64,000 nt of DNA, from positions 15,190,001 through 15,254,000 of the forward strand of contig CM075986.1 of the NCBI GenBank assembly GCA_038087875.1, in the 5' to 3' direction. The translations under genes and the position numbers were made by a program. The number at the start of each line of letters is the position of its first letter. Position 1 is the stretch's first letter. Shown here piece by piece: positions 25,282 to 39,869 of the stretch. The stretch comes from Malacoraja senta. Lineage: Eukaryota. Below the pieces are notes generated by a model, which did no database searches, was not told the origin of the DNA, and saw only the letters and a list, made by a program, of their open reading frames with translations.

Positions 25282-26891
25282 CAGTGGCTTGCAAAGGTTT
25301 TCATACCCCTTGAACATTTCCACATTTTGTCACGTTACAACCACAAACGTAAATGTATTTTATTGGGATTTTATGTGATAGACCAACACAAAGTGGTGCA
25401 TAATTGTGAAGTGGAAGGAAAATGATACATGGTTTTCAAATTTTTTTACAAATAAAAAACTGAAAAGTGTTGTGTGCAAAAGTATTCAGCCCCCCTGAGT
25501 CAATACTTTGTAGAACCACCTTTTGCTGCAATTACAGCTGCAAGTCTTTTGGGGTATGTCTCTACCAGCTTTGCACATCTAGAGACTGACATTTTTGCCC
25601 ATTCTTCTTTGCAAAATAGCTCAAGCTCAGTCAGATTGGATGGAGAGCGTCTGTGAACAGCAATTTTCAAGTCTTGCCAGAGATTCTCAATTGGATTTAG
25701 GTCTGGACTTTGACTGGGCCATTCTAGCACATGAATATGCTTTGATCTAAACCATTCCATTGTAGCTCTGGCTGTATGTTTAGGGTCGTTGTCCTGCTGG
25801 AAGGTGAACCTCTGCCCCAGTCTCAAGTCTTTTGCAGACTCTAACAGGTTTTCTTCCAAGATTGCCCTGTATTTGGCTCCATCCATCTTCCCATCAACTC
25901 TGACCAGCTTCCCTGTCCCTGCTGAAGAAAAGCATCCCCACAGCAATGTGCTGCCACCACCATGTTTCACAGTGGGGATGGTGTGTTCAGGGTGATGTGC
26001 AGTGTTAGGTTTCCGCCACACATAGCGTTTTGCATTTAGGCCAAAAACTTCAATTTTGGTCTCATCTGACCAGAGCACCTTCCTCCACATGTTTGCTGTG
26101 TCCCCCACATGGCTTGTGGCAAACTGCAAACGGGACTTCATATGGCTTTTTTTCAACAATGGCTTTCTTCTTGCCACTCTTCCATAAAGGCCCGATTTGT
26201 GGAGTGCACGACTAATAGTTGTCCTGTGGACAGATTCTCCCACCTGAGCTGTGGATCTCTGCAGCTCCTCCAGAGTTACCATGGGCCTCTTGGCTGCTTC
26301 TCTGATCAATGCTCCCCTTGCCCGGCCTGTCAGTTTAGGTGGACGGCCATGTCTTGGTAGGTTTGCAGTTGTGCCATACTCTTTCCATTTTCGGATGATG
26401 GATTGAACAGTGCTCCGTGAGATGTTCGAAGCTTGGGATATTTGTTTATAACCTAACCCTGCTTTAAACTTCTCCACAACTTTATCCCTGACCTGTCTGG
26501 TGTGTTCCTTGGGCTTCATGATGCTGTTTGTTCACTAATGTTCTCTAACAAACCTCTGAACAGAACAGCTGTATTTATACTGAGATTAGATTACACACAA
26601 GTGGACTCTATTTACTAATTAGGTGACTTCTGGAGGCAATTGGTTGCACTGGATTTTATTTAGGGGTATCAGAGTAAAGGGGGCTGAATACTTTTGCACG
26701 CGACACTTTTCAGTTTTTTATTTGTAAAAAAATTTGAAAACCATGTATCATTTTCCTTCCACCTCACAATTATACGCCACTTTGTGTTGGTCTATCACAT
26801 AAAATCCCAATAAAATACATTTACGTTTGTGGTTGTAACGTGACAAAATGTGGAAAAGTTCAAGGGGTATGAATACTTTTGCAAGCCACTG
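25282..26891 (-). mobile_element. Full-length Tc1/mariner DD34E transposon, IR/DR type (Passport-like), 1610 bp
   Basis: TA|CAGTGGCTTGCAAA...TTTGCAAGCCACTG|TA; 213-bp TIRs at 25282-25494 and 26679-26891, each with outer and inner GCAAAAGTATTCA-type direct repeats; TA target duplication. Confidence 0.97.
25500..26519 (-). CDS. Tc1 transposase, 339 aa, uninterrupted ORF
   Basis: Paired-like HTH with GRPPK AT-hook and RRKP NLS-like motif; WSDETK, QQDNDPKH and SPDLNPIE with 34 residues between the second D and the E. Confidence 0.97.
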   Translation of the reverse strand: MKPKEHTRQVRDKVVEKFKAGLGYKQISQASNISRSTVQSIIRKWKEYGTTANLPRHGRPPKLTGRARGALIREAAKRPMVTLEELQRSTAQVGESVHRTTISRALHKSGLYGRVARRKPLLKKSHMKSRLQFATSHVGDTANMWRKVLWSDETKIEVFGLNAKRYVWRKPNTAHHPEHTIPTVKHGGGSTLLWGCFSSAGTGKLVRVDGKMDGAKYRAILEENLLESAKDLRLGQRFTFQQDNDPKHTARATMEWFRSKHIHVLEWPSQSPDLNPIENLWQDLKIAVHRRSPSNLTELELFCKEEWAKMSVSRCAKLVETYPKRLAAVIAAKGGSTKY

Positions 26892-28229
26892 TATATTGCA
26901 ATGATTCACCTGACAAATGCAACAGTACCTTTCAAAACTGTCACCTTTTACCAAGATAGTCATTGGCTGCAGGCACATGGGAACACCACTATCTGTAGAT
27001 TACTCTGCCAGACCCATACCATCCAGGCGTGGAATTATCATAGACACAAAATGCTGGAGTAACTCAATGGGTCAGGCAGTAACCAGTGTGTCCTCCACAA
27101 CCAAAATAAATAAGATAAGAGAAGAATTCAAAAAAACATTATATATTATAACGTAATATGTAACAACCAAAATATAATAATGACCATTTTCAGGTTGTTT
27201 TATTTCACTTCAGTTTCTAACCTGGTATTTCTTAGATTGGGTTGGACTTGCTCTTTTGATGTGAATTCCACATAAGACACAAATCAAGTTGCGTTGTTTA
27301 GCAATCAGTGCTTTCCTTGGAGATTTGCCAGAGCACTCAGACCACGGCAGGTCACTCCAGGGCGATACAGTGTTTCGGAGGATACAAATTTACAATAACA
27401 TGTGACTTTGTCGATCCCTTAGTAAAGTAGTTGTAATTTTGGAAAATAAGTAAATTTTGTTGAAAATGAAGAGGGAAATTGTTTTCACAAGTGTTATTTT
27501 GCACTAAAATGGATTGTCCTGTATCTCCCACAAACAGCAATGTGATGAACACTAGATAATCCGGTTATGTTAAAAGATAGATATTGATTCAGACTTTTAT
27601 TTTCACCCGAGAATACAGACAGGGTATTAGTTTAACAAACTTTGTACTACTGTCTCAGCAGCTGTTAGAAGAGAATTTTGAATAGAATATCAGAAATCTC
27701 GACTTAAATTTTATCTTTCACTGGAGGTCAGCTTGAATTTCATTGGTGATAAATGTGAAATGAAAAGTTAGAACTGATAGTTGCAACATAAGCATGCAAA
27801 TTATGAATTTATTTTCACTATGCTGTTGGCCAATCACCTGAAAGTTGTAATCTTTTCATCATTTGTTCCTTAGATAGGACATATAATTATTTGGGTTTAA
27901 TGCAGACTATGAAAAACAAGTTGAACGCACTGATAACAGCAGAGGCTGTTGGCCTTAACAATATTCTGACTGTATTGCTGATGATATGCTCTAGGACTGA
28001 TTGCGCCTTGATCCAGTCTCTGCAGTACAGCTACAATACTGCCATCTGCCTGAGCATGGAAGATTGTCTAGGTCTGTCTTGTACAAAAAAAAAGGACAAA
28101 TCCGATATAACTAATTGCCATCAGTAATGTATTCAGTAACTTTCTCACCCGTAACTTATTCACTTTGCTTAATTTAAATTCATTTATGACCACTTAGTTC
28201 TGCACACAGTTCTTAGTCAACATATTGGT

Positions 28230-28720
28230 ACTGGTTTATTATTGTCATGTGTACCGAGATAAAATGAAAAGGCGTATTTGTGCATTATCTAGTCAAATTA
28301 TACTATATATGAATACAATCCAACCATACAGAAGTACAACAGATAGTGCAACAAGAAAAATGCCAGAGTGCAGACTATAGTTTTAGGGCATTATAGAGAA
28401 AGTGCAGGTAAAAAGATTACAAGGTCCAAATTTGAGGTATGTTTGTAAATAGGGACTACACCCCAGCTATGGGAGGACGGTTCAGTCGTCTGATAACAGT
28501 GGGAAATAAGGTGTTCCTGAATCTGCTAGTATGTGCTTTCAAGCTTTTTGATCTTCTGCCCAACAGGAGAGAGGAGAAAAGGAAATGACCAGTTTGTAAA
28601 TGATCCTTGTTTATGTTGGCTACATTCCTGAGGCAACATGATGTATAAAAGGGGATAAAGTGGAGGGAGGCTTGTTTTTGTGACGAATTGAGCTATATCC
28701 ACAACTCTGTGCTATTTCTT
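28230..28720 (-). mobile_element. Older Rex/Babar-type LINE 3' fragment
   Basis: Minus-strand GRRSKSLKAHTSRFRNTLFPTVIRRLN-like motif and GACAATAATAAACC tail. Confidence 0.65.
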
Positions 28721-29643
28721 GTGGTCTTGCAAAAATACAGGGAAAAGAGCAGAATTCTTGAGGTCAGGTGAAAATAACTGCCTTTGGGGTTTAGTTAATG
28801 TTTGTTGCAATGTGGCATCAAGAAGTCTTAGTAAAATTGAAATCAGAGGAAGCCAGGGAAAACTGCCCAGTAACCAGCATCCTTCTGCACGCAAGGGAAG
28901 ATGGTTATAGCTGTTGGAGTTTTTTTATCTCAGTTCCAAGACTTCACGACAAGAATAATTCAGGGCAGTGCCTAATGTTATTTGATCATCAATGACACTC
29001 TTTGCAACATAAGATCAGAAGTGAAGATGTGATAATTACATGATGGGTCATTTCAATTCACAGTTCCTGAAATAACTAAGCAAGGCTTTTATTCTTGTCT
29101 GACCTAATTAGTGGATCATATCCCTAGTGCTGGGGATTACTTAGGACGGAGTTTGTGAATGATTTATTGAAGGCAGTAGTTATAGAGAACATTTGGAAAT
29201 AAAAAGTTCCTATTGTGAAGACGAGTTTAACATTAGAAATGAAACAGTTGTTCCTCTGTCAGAATTTGTAGTCAGTTGTAGTCAGATTTTGAACATACAG
29301 CAAGAATTCAGCAATATCTCGAAATTTTAATTTTAGTGGAAAATGTGCCATATTTCAATTGAAAATATTGTGAACCTATTGAACATACATTTTTACAGTA
29401 TAATGGAGACAAATGCAAACCATGTTTAGTTTAATTCAGTTTATTATTGTCACGTGTACTGAGGTACAGTGAAAAAGCTTTTTTTTAAACTGCATTTTGA
29501 ATATAGTTTTAGTGGAGAAAAAGATCAGCTGACTATTTCACCCAACAGGACCAAACCACGGCATACGTTGTACACTTATTGTAGAGATCCTGATTTATTT
29601 TTTTGACCGTCTCCCTAATGCTGAGAATCTTATCAATAAATAG

Positions 29644-29919
<276 letters not shown>

Positions 29920-30329
29920 TGACAATTTATACTGAAGATGACCATTACTGCTACAGTTTTCTTCTTTTTTTTTAAACTTTCTACTGAATCAATTCAATCA
30001 GTTGATCTTCTTTGTCATGTCAATTAAAAAATCATGTTCATTGATTTTAAGTAAAACCCCCCTGCACTGTTTTTTTTCTCTTTTCCATCAAACTGTGTTC
30101 CTTGCACTATAGTGATTGAAGCTAATTCTAGACAGATTGCTGAGTCAGAGTATTTAGGACCGCAGTAAATGATTTTAATCTACATCGAGTCGAAGATGTC
30201 TGGGATGAAACTAATGAAGCTTTTATTCTGTAGGAAATACTAATCTTCAATTAAATCTTCCTAATGCCTTACTTTGATGGAAGTGAACCGAGGTTCCTTG
30301 TCACGCTAATATTTCCCTCTTTTCTAAAG

Positions 30330-30515
30330 GTGGACCACTTGGATAAGAATGGGCAGTGCGCCTTAGTCCATGCAGCTCTGCGTGGCCACTTGGAAATTGT
30401 TAAGTTTCTGATCCAGGCCGATTGGACACTGGCAGGGCAACAGCAGGGTGTGTTTAAAAAGAGCCAAGCAGTTCAACAGGCACTTATAGCTGCAGCAAGC
30501 ATGGGATATACTGAG
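30330..30515 (+). CDS. TANC2: TANC2 exon (186 nt): [20 protein letters not shown]...AAASMGYTE
   Basis: tctaaAG|gtggac ... actgag|GTgcgt; phase 0 to 0. Confidence 0.95.
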
Positions 30516-31360
30516 GTGCGTAATGTGTATGATGAATATTGAAATTGTTTTATGATTTATAATCCCATAGAAACTAGGAATCTAATTGTATTTTGTCCAA
30601 GTGCTGGGTATAACAATATAATCAACAGAGAAGTGCCTGCTTCTCTTCCACAGAGCGGGAAAGACACCATAGATCAGCTTTCCAATGGACCTCGCAGAGC
30701 GTTTAAAATTTGTTGAGTTATGAATGTTCAACAATATATTATTTGGAATTTGATCCTTCTGTGTGTGATCTTGGAAAAAGCGGGCTGCAAAAATATATCA
30801 TAAAAATGATCAGTATAAAAGTATTTAACTGCAGCAAGGCTCACTTTAATATGTTTAAACAGGATCTGATCCATGTGGACTTGAATCAAATTGGTAGGCA
30901 AAGCATTTATTGAACAAAGATAAATGATATGAGAAGATTAAACACATTTCTATGTGAGGGAAAGAGAGAGCTTATCACCAATGAAATAGATATTAACACG
31001 AAACCAAAAGGTTTCATTTTAGGAACACGAGACTGCAGATGCTGGAATCTGAAGCAATCAACGATCAACAACATCCAACGATGGAAGAACATTTGTAAAT
31101 AATTTTCAGAAAGAAATAAGAAGAATTCTTGAAGCAAGGGGAAAAATAGTAATGGGGAGGAACTCTAAAATTGTTCTAATTGGTAAGTTTTACCAAAGGT
31201 CTAGTCCAATTGGATAATTGGTATCTTTCATTAATGATTCTATGGAGAGGTTGAAAGTTTGAAACTGCAATCTCATTTTGTTCTACACAAAAGTATCTTC
31301 TGTCCATCACTGCTCTAGATGGGATTTTGGAATAATATGTAAAGTTGCATTTTGGAAAGA

Positions 31361-31750
31361 GTTCAAGTTCAAGTTCAAGTGAGTTTATTGTCATGTGTCC
31401 CTGATAGGGCAATGAAATTCTTGCTTTGCTTCAGCACAACAGAACATAGTAGGCATTGACTACAAGACAGATCAGTGTGTCCATATACCATTCTATAAAT
31501 ATATACACACATGAATCAATATACTGATAAAGTGCAAATAACAGTTAATTGGCTAATAAAGTTCAGTGTTTTGTCCGAGGCAGGTTTAATAGCCTGATGG
31601 CTGTGGGGAAGTAGCTATTCCTGAACCTGTTCGTTGCAGTCTTCAGGCTCCTGTACCTTCTACCTGAAGGTAGTAGGGAGATGAGTGTGTGGCCAGGATG
31701 GTGTGGGTTCTTGATGATACTGCCAGCCTTTGTGAGGCAGCGACTGTGAT
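31361..31750 (-). mobile_element. Rex/Babar-type LINE 3' fragment
   Basis: RCLTKAGSIIKNPHHPGHTLISLLPSGRRYRSLK..RFRNSYFPTAIRLLN; (CTTGAA)n tail. Confidence 0.8.
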
Positions 31751-32062
31751 ATATTTGAGGCATCTTTCCCTGATGTATTTTAGCCAAGAATCTTATGGGA
31801 TTTCTTGAAACTCAATTTGAACAGGTGAATTTTGATATGCTACTGCCAAGTACTGAAATGTTGCAGTCTTAAGTTGCCCAAAGCTGAGATGTTGGTGCTT
31901 TTCTGCTTTGTGGCACAAATTATTGGTGAACCAAAACACCTTGATGGAGGTTAGCATAAAAAATCTATTATCTGCAAACCCTTTATTAGATAATGCAAAA
32001 TATGACCCACAAAAATCAGAAACAAATTGATCTCATTCTTGTAATATTCTTTTGAACTTCAG

Positions 32063-32156
32063 ATTGTCTCTTATCTATTGGACCTGCCAGAAAAAGATGA
32101 AGAAGAAGTGGAACGAGCTCAGATTAACAGTTTTGATACCCTTTGGGGAGAAACAG
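32063..32156 (+). CDS. TANC2: TANC2 exon (94 nt): [31 protein letters not shown]
   Basis: cttcAG|attgtc ... aaacag|GTatgt; phase 0 to 1. Confidence 0.95.
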
Positions 32157-35100
32157 GTATGTAACAGCCAAAATATTGATGGAAATCATAGCTTGTATAT
32201 TGATGGAGCTTATGACAAACCTGGAGACAGAAGAAATTGCAGATGCTGATTTCCTGGAGCAACTCAGCAGGTCAGCCAGCATCTCTGGAGAACATAGATA
32301 GGGACATTTCAGATTGGGACCCTTCTTTCAAAGGGTTGCTTCAGTACTTTGTGTCTTGCTTCACACAATAAACTTACCTCTGCAACTGAATTCACAACAA
32401 CCTGTCCTAACAGTGCTGTTGGATGCAATGGGCAGGGTCTCTATTGATGTTCAACGAGAAACTGAGACTAGGTCAAGATTTGGCCAGAGTTGAAATTTGG
32501 CCTGAATCTATTCTATGTAAAGGGCTACCCTTGTACACTTGGAATTTTTCTAAACATCCTGAAAATCAATGCTAATATTAATCTTCAGTTTGAAGGGTTA
32601 GTAATTATTATTAACCCATCATCCACTGATCAAATGAGTCTAAAGATGCCAACATGGGGATATCACCAATATATAATTTGGCTCACACAGTTTTCAAAGC
32701 ACTGGCTTTATTTTGCTCTATCCAACAGTCCTTCCCTGTCTAAATTGATCCGTCTGATTAAATCAAATATATTTTATTTTTATTTATGCCTTGCTACTTG
32801 GCTCAATCAGATTGCAATCATAGTAACGTCAGTGTTTTACTTTACAATGAGTTGACTTCCCAAAATGCAACACCTCGCATTTATCTACATTAAACTCCAT
32901 TTATTATTCCTCAGCCCAACCGATAAAGATCCTGCTGTAATTTTTGATAACCAAAATTAAAAATATTAATACCATTGCAGTGAGCAATTGAAGTCAGACC
33001 ACCATGTTGATTTAAGTTCCAAAAACTATTCCAAGATATATTTTGGACAGACTACAATTTATTTGATGTATGTTCAGAACAAATCCAAATTGGAAATTAT
33101 TGAAAGCTTGGACAATTGTATGAATTGAGTTCTGGTTCAAAAGCAAAATTTTCTTTGCACTGTTGATTTTTTACGAGAGACTGAAGGCTCGGGAACAATA
33201 GAAAGTCTGAATAAAATGGAACCATTTTTATCCTTGAATTTTGCTAATCAGCATTCTACCCAGTTACTCTTTTGTGCAATTATAATACAATGAAAAGACA
33301 CCTAATTGGGGGAAAAAATTGGTGGTTATTATTATTCAAACTATAATCAGTAGAAAGTAGTCCTAAACAGAAATAAAAGATTTTGACATGAATGAGTTAA
33401 TCTAAAAAGCCACAAATAACCAGATGTAGCAAAAAAAGTTAACATCCATTGGATAACCAGATTGTTGTTTCTGGAAAACTTAAGTTGCAATATAGCAAAA
33501 CAAGGCAATAACTTGACTCGTGCTTTAACGACTCTTCTTTTACACTGGTTGAAGTAACCCAGTATTGCAAGTATTTCTTAGAAGGATCCAAGGAAATTGG
33601 GAGCTTAAGCATGTTTACTGAAACTGTGTCCAGAGTTCTATTCACTCATCTCCAACTGCCAGAATGATTTATAGAATTGGAAACTTTCACAAACGAATAG
33701 AAATCTGTTTCAAAGCACGAGTAACTTCAGAGCAGTTAGCCAGCCATTTGAGAACCTTTTAAACTGCATGCTTCAAGTTTAAACATTGGCTTCAGGCCAC
33801 CATACTGTGTTTAGAGTGTGAGATCACTTTTTTTCCAGTGGTTTCAACACCAATAACAGGGAATCCTTTTCTGTATAATCGGCAGTTTTACCACAATCTA
33901 TGTTAGTGCAAGGCAGAAGATTTGTGCCTGTTTCTGAGCCCTGACACATTCACTTGGAAGCTTAATTGGAATTACTTTAACTAGGTTCTTAAGTTTAATA
34001 ATCTGCATCTGCCTTATGTCACCCTATGTACCCAGTCTCCAACTCCTTTCATTCACCTCACCACGGAGAGCAACTGTTCTTACCAGTGCTCTTGGCTTTG
34101 TAATCTGTCACTTTGCTGTTTAAAAACCTCAAAAAGAGCATTTCTCCTTTAATTATGACTGTTTCTTTATGTTCCATGTAAAAAAACATAAAATCATGTC
34201 TTTTGAGTGTTTGTAATGAATCTTGTTTTGTTTTGATTACGTTTGTCAAGTGTTTATAACCAGTAAGGGTATTTTTGGAAGCCTGAGTTTAATTTTCTCG
34301 ATTTGATAGGAGCTGACAACACTACGTTTCAAACATAGAAACAAACCCAATAATTTATTGTATACATCGATTTTTCTAAAGGCTGTCTTAACAATAATTT
34401 CTGAGACATCTCCACAGTGCCCCCAAATGAATGTCATTGATCCAGCAATTAAACTAATCTTCCAAAGAAAATTATTCAGTCACGCACAATTTTCTCCCAA
34501 CAGCGTAGAATTCACCAGTATTGTCAGTATGAGTTCATTTTCAAGCATACATAAATATAAAATATATAAAAGGGGATTAATAATTTGCAGATATCAGAAA
34601 TGAGCACGTTTTAAAATAATTACACTTGATAAGATAAAGAATGACCAAATGTGGCACCGCATCGAAATACAAGGCATATTTCCCCACTCCAGCATGAGGC
34701 CATTTCTCATAAGGCCATCAGGGATCACTAATAAAACACTTTTATTTTCTATTTCAAAAGTGACATTTGTTGGTTCCATCTGCAGACGTTACCTGAGGTG
34801 TCATCGGGAAATAAATGGAAACTGAGATCACATCTCTGCTGAGGATCTTTGTTAATGTAGAACAGCTTAGGAGAATTTCGTATTAAACAGTTACATATTA
34901 CTGAGTTGCGTAACATGTATGAAAGAGAAATAAACTACTTGGGAATTCAGTATGTGATGATGTTTAGGCTCCACATGAACTTCCTTGGACCCTTCATTCA
35001 TCTTTCAGCATATCTTCATGTTCTTTCCTTCTGCATTTATTTAATGTCTCTTTAAATGCATCAACTTATTTGCCTCAACATATGATCTTGAATTCCAGAG

Positions 35101-36889
35101 TAATTTTGCTTGCATTTTCTATTGCATAATTGATTTAATTTGATTTAAATTGTAAATTGGTAAATTCATATGGTTTCATGTTCTTTTCTTCTTTGGTATT
35201 CCTCTCGATTAAAATGATTACATTTCTACATACTTTGCTTACTTAAGTGTCGGACACAGGTTCTTTGGCCTATCTTCTACTTGCCAACCGAGTTTGCCTG
35301 CCTATACTAATCCCATTTTGCATTTGGCAAATGTACCTCTATTCATTCCTGTACATGTACCTGTCCAACTGCTTTTTCATTGGTATAATTACACCAGGCT
35401 CTACCACCACCTCAAACAGCTTGATCCATATACCCATCACCCAAAGTGAAAAATTTGCCCCTCAAAATTCCCTGAAATGCTCCCTTCTCACTTTAAACCT
35501 GTGCCCTCTAATTTTAGACTCCCTTATTTATCCTTCTCCCTGGTGAATACTAACATGAAATATTCATCCAGGGCACCAAACATGTCCCCTGGCTTCACAT
35601 AAAGACCTTATTGGTTGCTGATGAAATCTATTCTTTCACCACTATTCTCTTTAAATATATTTGTAAAAGAGACATTTCATGTCTCCTTTTTGTCCTACTA
35701 AACGCTTTCTTAAGATTTCTCCTACTTTCTGTAAAAACCTCACAGACATCACTGGATGGGGTGGACTTGTGAATTCAATGGGCTTTATCTTTTAAAATGC
35801 TATGCCTTTCTGAACTGATTACTTGTACCTGACATCCGCTTCCTTTTTCCCGATCAAACCCTCAACTTCCTTTGGTTGCCTAATCTTACCATCTTTACTT
35901 CTTAAACCTGTATCCTCTAGTTTTGGACACCCCTCTCTCGCAACATTTACTATTTCACTTTTTAACGCCTCCCATTTATTGGATGTTAGTTTTATTTCTA
36001 GCAGTTGCTCCCTTTCTACCCTTGTCAAGTCATGTCTTATACTTTTGATGTCAATCGTCCCCCAATTTAAGACCTTAAATTTAGGCCCAACAGTATCCTT
36101 TTACATAGCTTATTGTAGTCTACCATGAAGCTTTTTGAATTGTAGTCATTGTTTGCAAAAGGTTCTACTACCTACCCAGTCTCATTCTTCTTTCTTTCCT
36201 GCTTGTCCATCTCTACTGTAGAACATGCCAGATCTATGAAACAGATAAGGCAGACCTGACTTCCTCATGATAGGTCTAGCTCTTTTAGGAATTATGGTTA
36301 AACGTTGTCATAACAATAGGAAAAAATGAGAAAGTTTGATTAACATTTCTTTCCCATTTTTAAGTAGCTCTTATTGTTATCTTATTTTGCCCATTATCGG
36401 TAATGTGTTCTTTACCACTATATACAGAAGAGTAACCTCTTCTCTGAAGAAGACAAGCCCAATATTATGTCCTTCCTAATTCTAACTAGGGGTACCACTT
36501 TAATATCTTGGTAATTTAGAAAAAAATTGTTTAGAATTATAGGCAATGAAGATGACTGAAATATAAAATAACTTAGCTCTGTGGTTAGCTCTGTAATATC
36601 ACTTTTGTGATGCTTTCTATTTAATACATTCAATGATTTCAAAAGGCTGTTAGCCAGTGGAATAATGTGCATTGTTCTGGTCTTACACTTGTGAGTAAGA
36701 TTTTTTTTTCTTGAAAGGTATTTATTTACACAATGTAGTTTGCTTGGTGTGTCAGTGATGAAGGTTAAGTAAATTGGGCTCAGAATGTGAAGGCAATTGG
36801 AAAACTTAATGCAGTCAGACTTTGTTTTACTTCAATAATGGTTTCAAGTTTCAAGAGGCAGGATGCCAGATAAAACATTTTCCAAAAAT

Positions 36890-37620
36890 AGGAGACACAA
36901 GAGACCGCCAATGCTGGAATCTGGAGCAAAAGATAGACTGCGGGAGGAACTCAGCGGGTCAGGCAGCATATGTGAAGGGAAATGGACAGGCAGCATTCCA
37001 GATCACAATTGTTCCAAAGACTGATGAAATAAAATGCAGTTAGCTGGTAGAAAGAAGTGTGGTGAAGGGATGGAATAAGAGTAAGCGATAGATTGGTTGT
37101 ACTAGGAAGAGGGGTTACTTAGCAGATGTCAGGTGGGGGAGAGAAGAGTGGAGATAGTAACCAAGGCCGGAGGCGATAAGTAGAGAAGACAAAGGGATCT
37201 AATGGGTGGAATCTGAGAGGAAAAGAAAGTGGGGAGTGAAAAATAGAAGCAGAGGGAGGGATGGTATAGGGAATGTGGGGGATGAAAACTGGGGGACTCG
37301 GAGTATGGAGGTGTGGGTGCTGAGCAGATGGAAAATGTAGAGGAGGGCTGTGTGCAGTTGGAGGATAGGGAAAACTGGGTAGCTCAGAGGAGGGGGGTGG
37401 GGGCATGAGTTTACCTTAAACTGGAGAATTAATTGTACATGCCGTAGGATTATAGTCTATCCAAACAGAATAAAAGGTGCTGTTTTTACAGAGGAGAAAG
37501 CTGAGGACAGACAGGATGTCATGGGAATGTCAAGGGAAATTGAAGAGCCCAACAAACGAAAAGTCCAACTGGTCCTGGTGGACAGAGGGCAAGTGTTTGG
37601 CAAAGCAGTTGCCTAGTCAC
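36890..37620 (-). mobile_element. Penelope-like element 3' remnant
   Basis: Minus-strand KQHLLFCLD..; purine-rich spacer; terminal GGAACTCAGCGGGTCAGGCAGCAT. Confidence 0.6.
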
Positions 37621-37785
37621 CAAAATTAGGAATCTGTTAGTGAGCAGTGCTTTGAAACCGGCAAAACTAGTGGGTTCTGGAAGCTCACTGAAGCATATCT
37701 GATTTGAATAATATAAAATGAATGGGGTGGACTTGTTGACATCAATGGACTTTCTTTTCAAAATACTCATGCCCTTCTGAACTGA

Positions 37786-37944
<159 letters not shown>

Positions 37945-38743
37945 TGAATTGCCATGCTGCGACAAAGGTATTCCATACCTTCATGCATTTCAATATTTCT
38001 GTGTCATCCAACTGCTCCAGCCTTCCCACCTTTTAACCAGAAAATCACCAGTATTGGTTCGCATCTTACATTTCATCGTTTTCTTTTGCGGTACCATGAG
38101 TATTAGCTGGGTCGCTTTCAATTTTACATTGTCATTGGTGGTCTGCGCAGACCCCAGCCAGACCTGATCACAAGGCAGCACTTGGAATTTTTTCTGGTAT
38201 CCAACCCAAACGTGGTGCATTTATTCAGGTCCTGTCCAACTCTAATCTGCATGCTGAATTTCAGTGATTTTTTAAAACATATTTTGAGATCTAGTCAATG
38301 CAAGCATCCTTAAATTGCCTTTGAATAGGTGGTAATGAGACATTGTCTGGAACTGCAGGAGATCCTCTGGTGAACATACAGCCATAGTGCATTTGGGTGA
38401 GAAATACCTGGATTAATACCCAGCAGTGATGACTCAATCAACAGCAAAGTGTTGGAAATAATCACACACAGTGCTATCAAATGACATTTGTTTCACCAGG
38501 AGCATGTGTCTCCAGGCCCAAATAAGGCCTAAAGAGCAGAATTCCCAAGGAGAGTTGAGAATTACTGCCCATTTTATGAAGGTAACATTTGATCAAGTGT
38601 GCATCAGGAAGCTATGGCAACAATGGGAAAACACTCCAGCAGTGTGAATTATTCTTTCACAAAAGAAGATGACTGTGGCCATTGGATGGCAATTATTATG
38701 GTCCAGGGCATCACTACAGGTGTTCCTCAGGCCAGAACCCTAA

Positions 38744-39260
38744 AGGGGCTGTCCCACTTGGGCGACGTAATCTGCGAGTTTAGAAGAGTGTCTTCGACCT
38801 TCAAACTCGCAGCATGGTCGACACGTGGTTCTAGAAGGTCCTATGAGGTCGCTGGAACGCTCTTTCATGCTCGAGGGAAGTTCCCGAATACGCGTGGCCT
38901 CATCTAGGTCACGGAAAAATTTTCAGCATGTCGAAAAGATTTCCGCTAGTAAAATTTGGTTGGCATGGTTCTTTATAACTCGTAGTGCAGTGCAGTGGGG
39001 TTGCTATTTAGTTACAGGCAGTTGAGGGCAGCCATAGGCAATCTCCTTCACTGACCGGGCATTTTGATTGGCTCATTGGAGTTTTCAGGACCAAGGAAAA
39101 CCTAGCTAAACTTTATTATACTTCTTAAAAGTGTCTCCGCTCCTTCTCCCCACCTTCTCTCACCTTCTCTCACCTTCTCTCCCCTTGTCCCCCACTTCTC
39201 TCCCCTTCTCCCCCCCTTCTCTCTCCTTCTCTCCCCTTCTCTCTCCTTCTCTCCCATCCC
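38744..39260. mobile_element. Truncated CTGTCCCAC-terminus MITE ending in a CT-rich tract
   Basis: TAA|AGGGGCTGTCCCACTTGGGCG left end; AAAATTTTCAGCATGTCGAAAA resembles the family A centre; no right TIR seen. Confidence 0.65.
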
Positions 39261-39869
39261 TCACCATCAACATCCTGGTGGCCACCATTGACCGCACATT
39301 CCACCGGACTGGCCACATGATACCATGGCTACAAGGGGAGATCAGAAGTTGGGTGTTCTGTAACAGTGACTCATGTCCTGATATTTCAGAATGGTTCCAC
39401 CATCGACAATGCACAAATCAAAGGTGTGATAGAATACTCACTGCTTCCCTGGATGAGTGAAACTACAACACTGTGAACAGGCCTGTTTAATGAACACTTC
39501 ATCAGCTACCTAACTTTCATTCCCTCCAGCATTCGTGCAGAATGGTAGTGGCATGTACCATCTGGAAAATGCACCATTCGGCCCTGACAGAACGTACCAT
39601 AACTGTGATCTCTACCAAGAAGGACAAGGTTCACAGATGCATGAGAACACCTGCTGGTTCTTATCCATGTTACACAGTTGGAAGTATATTGTTGTTCCTT
39701 CACTGGGTGGATTCTGACGTTCACTACCCAACAGCGCCATTACCTGACACTAAAATGACTGGAGCAGGTCAAGAAGTTTCTTCCATACCACCTTCTCAAG
39801 AGTGATGGTCAATAAATGATGGCCTTACCAGCATTGCCCAGATGCTGGGAAATTAATTATTGTACTTAG

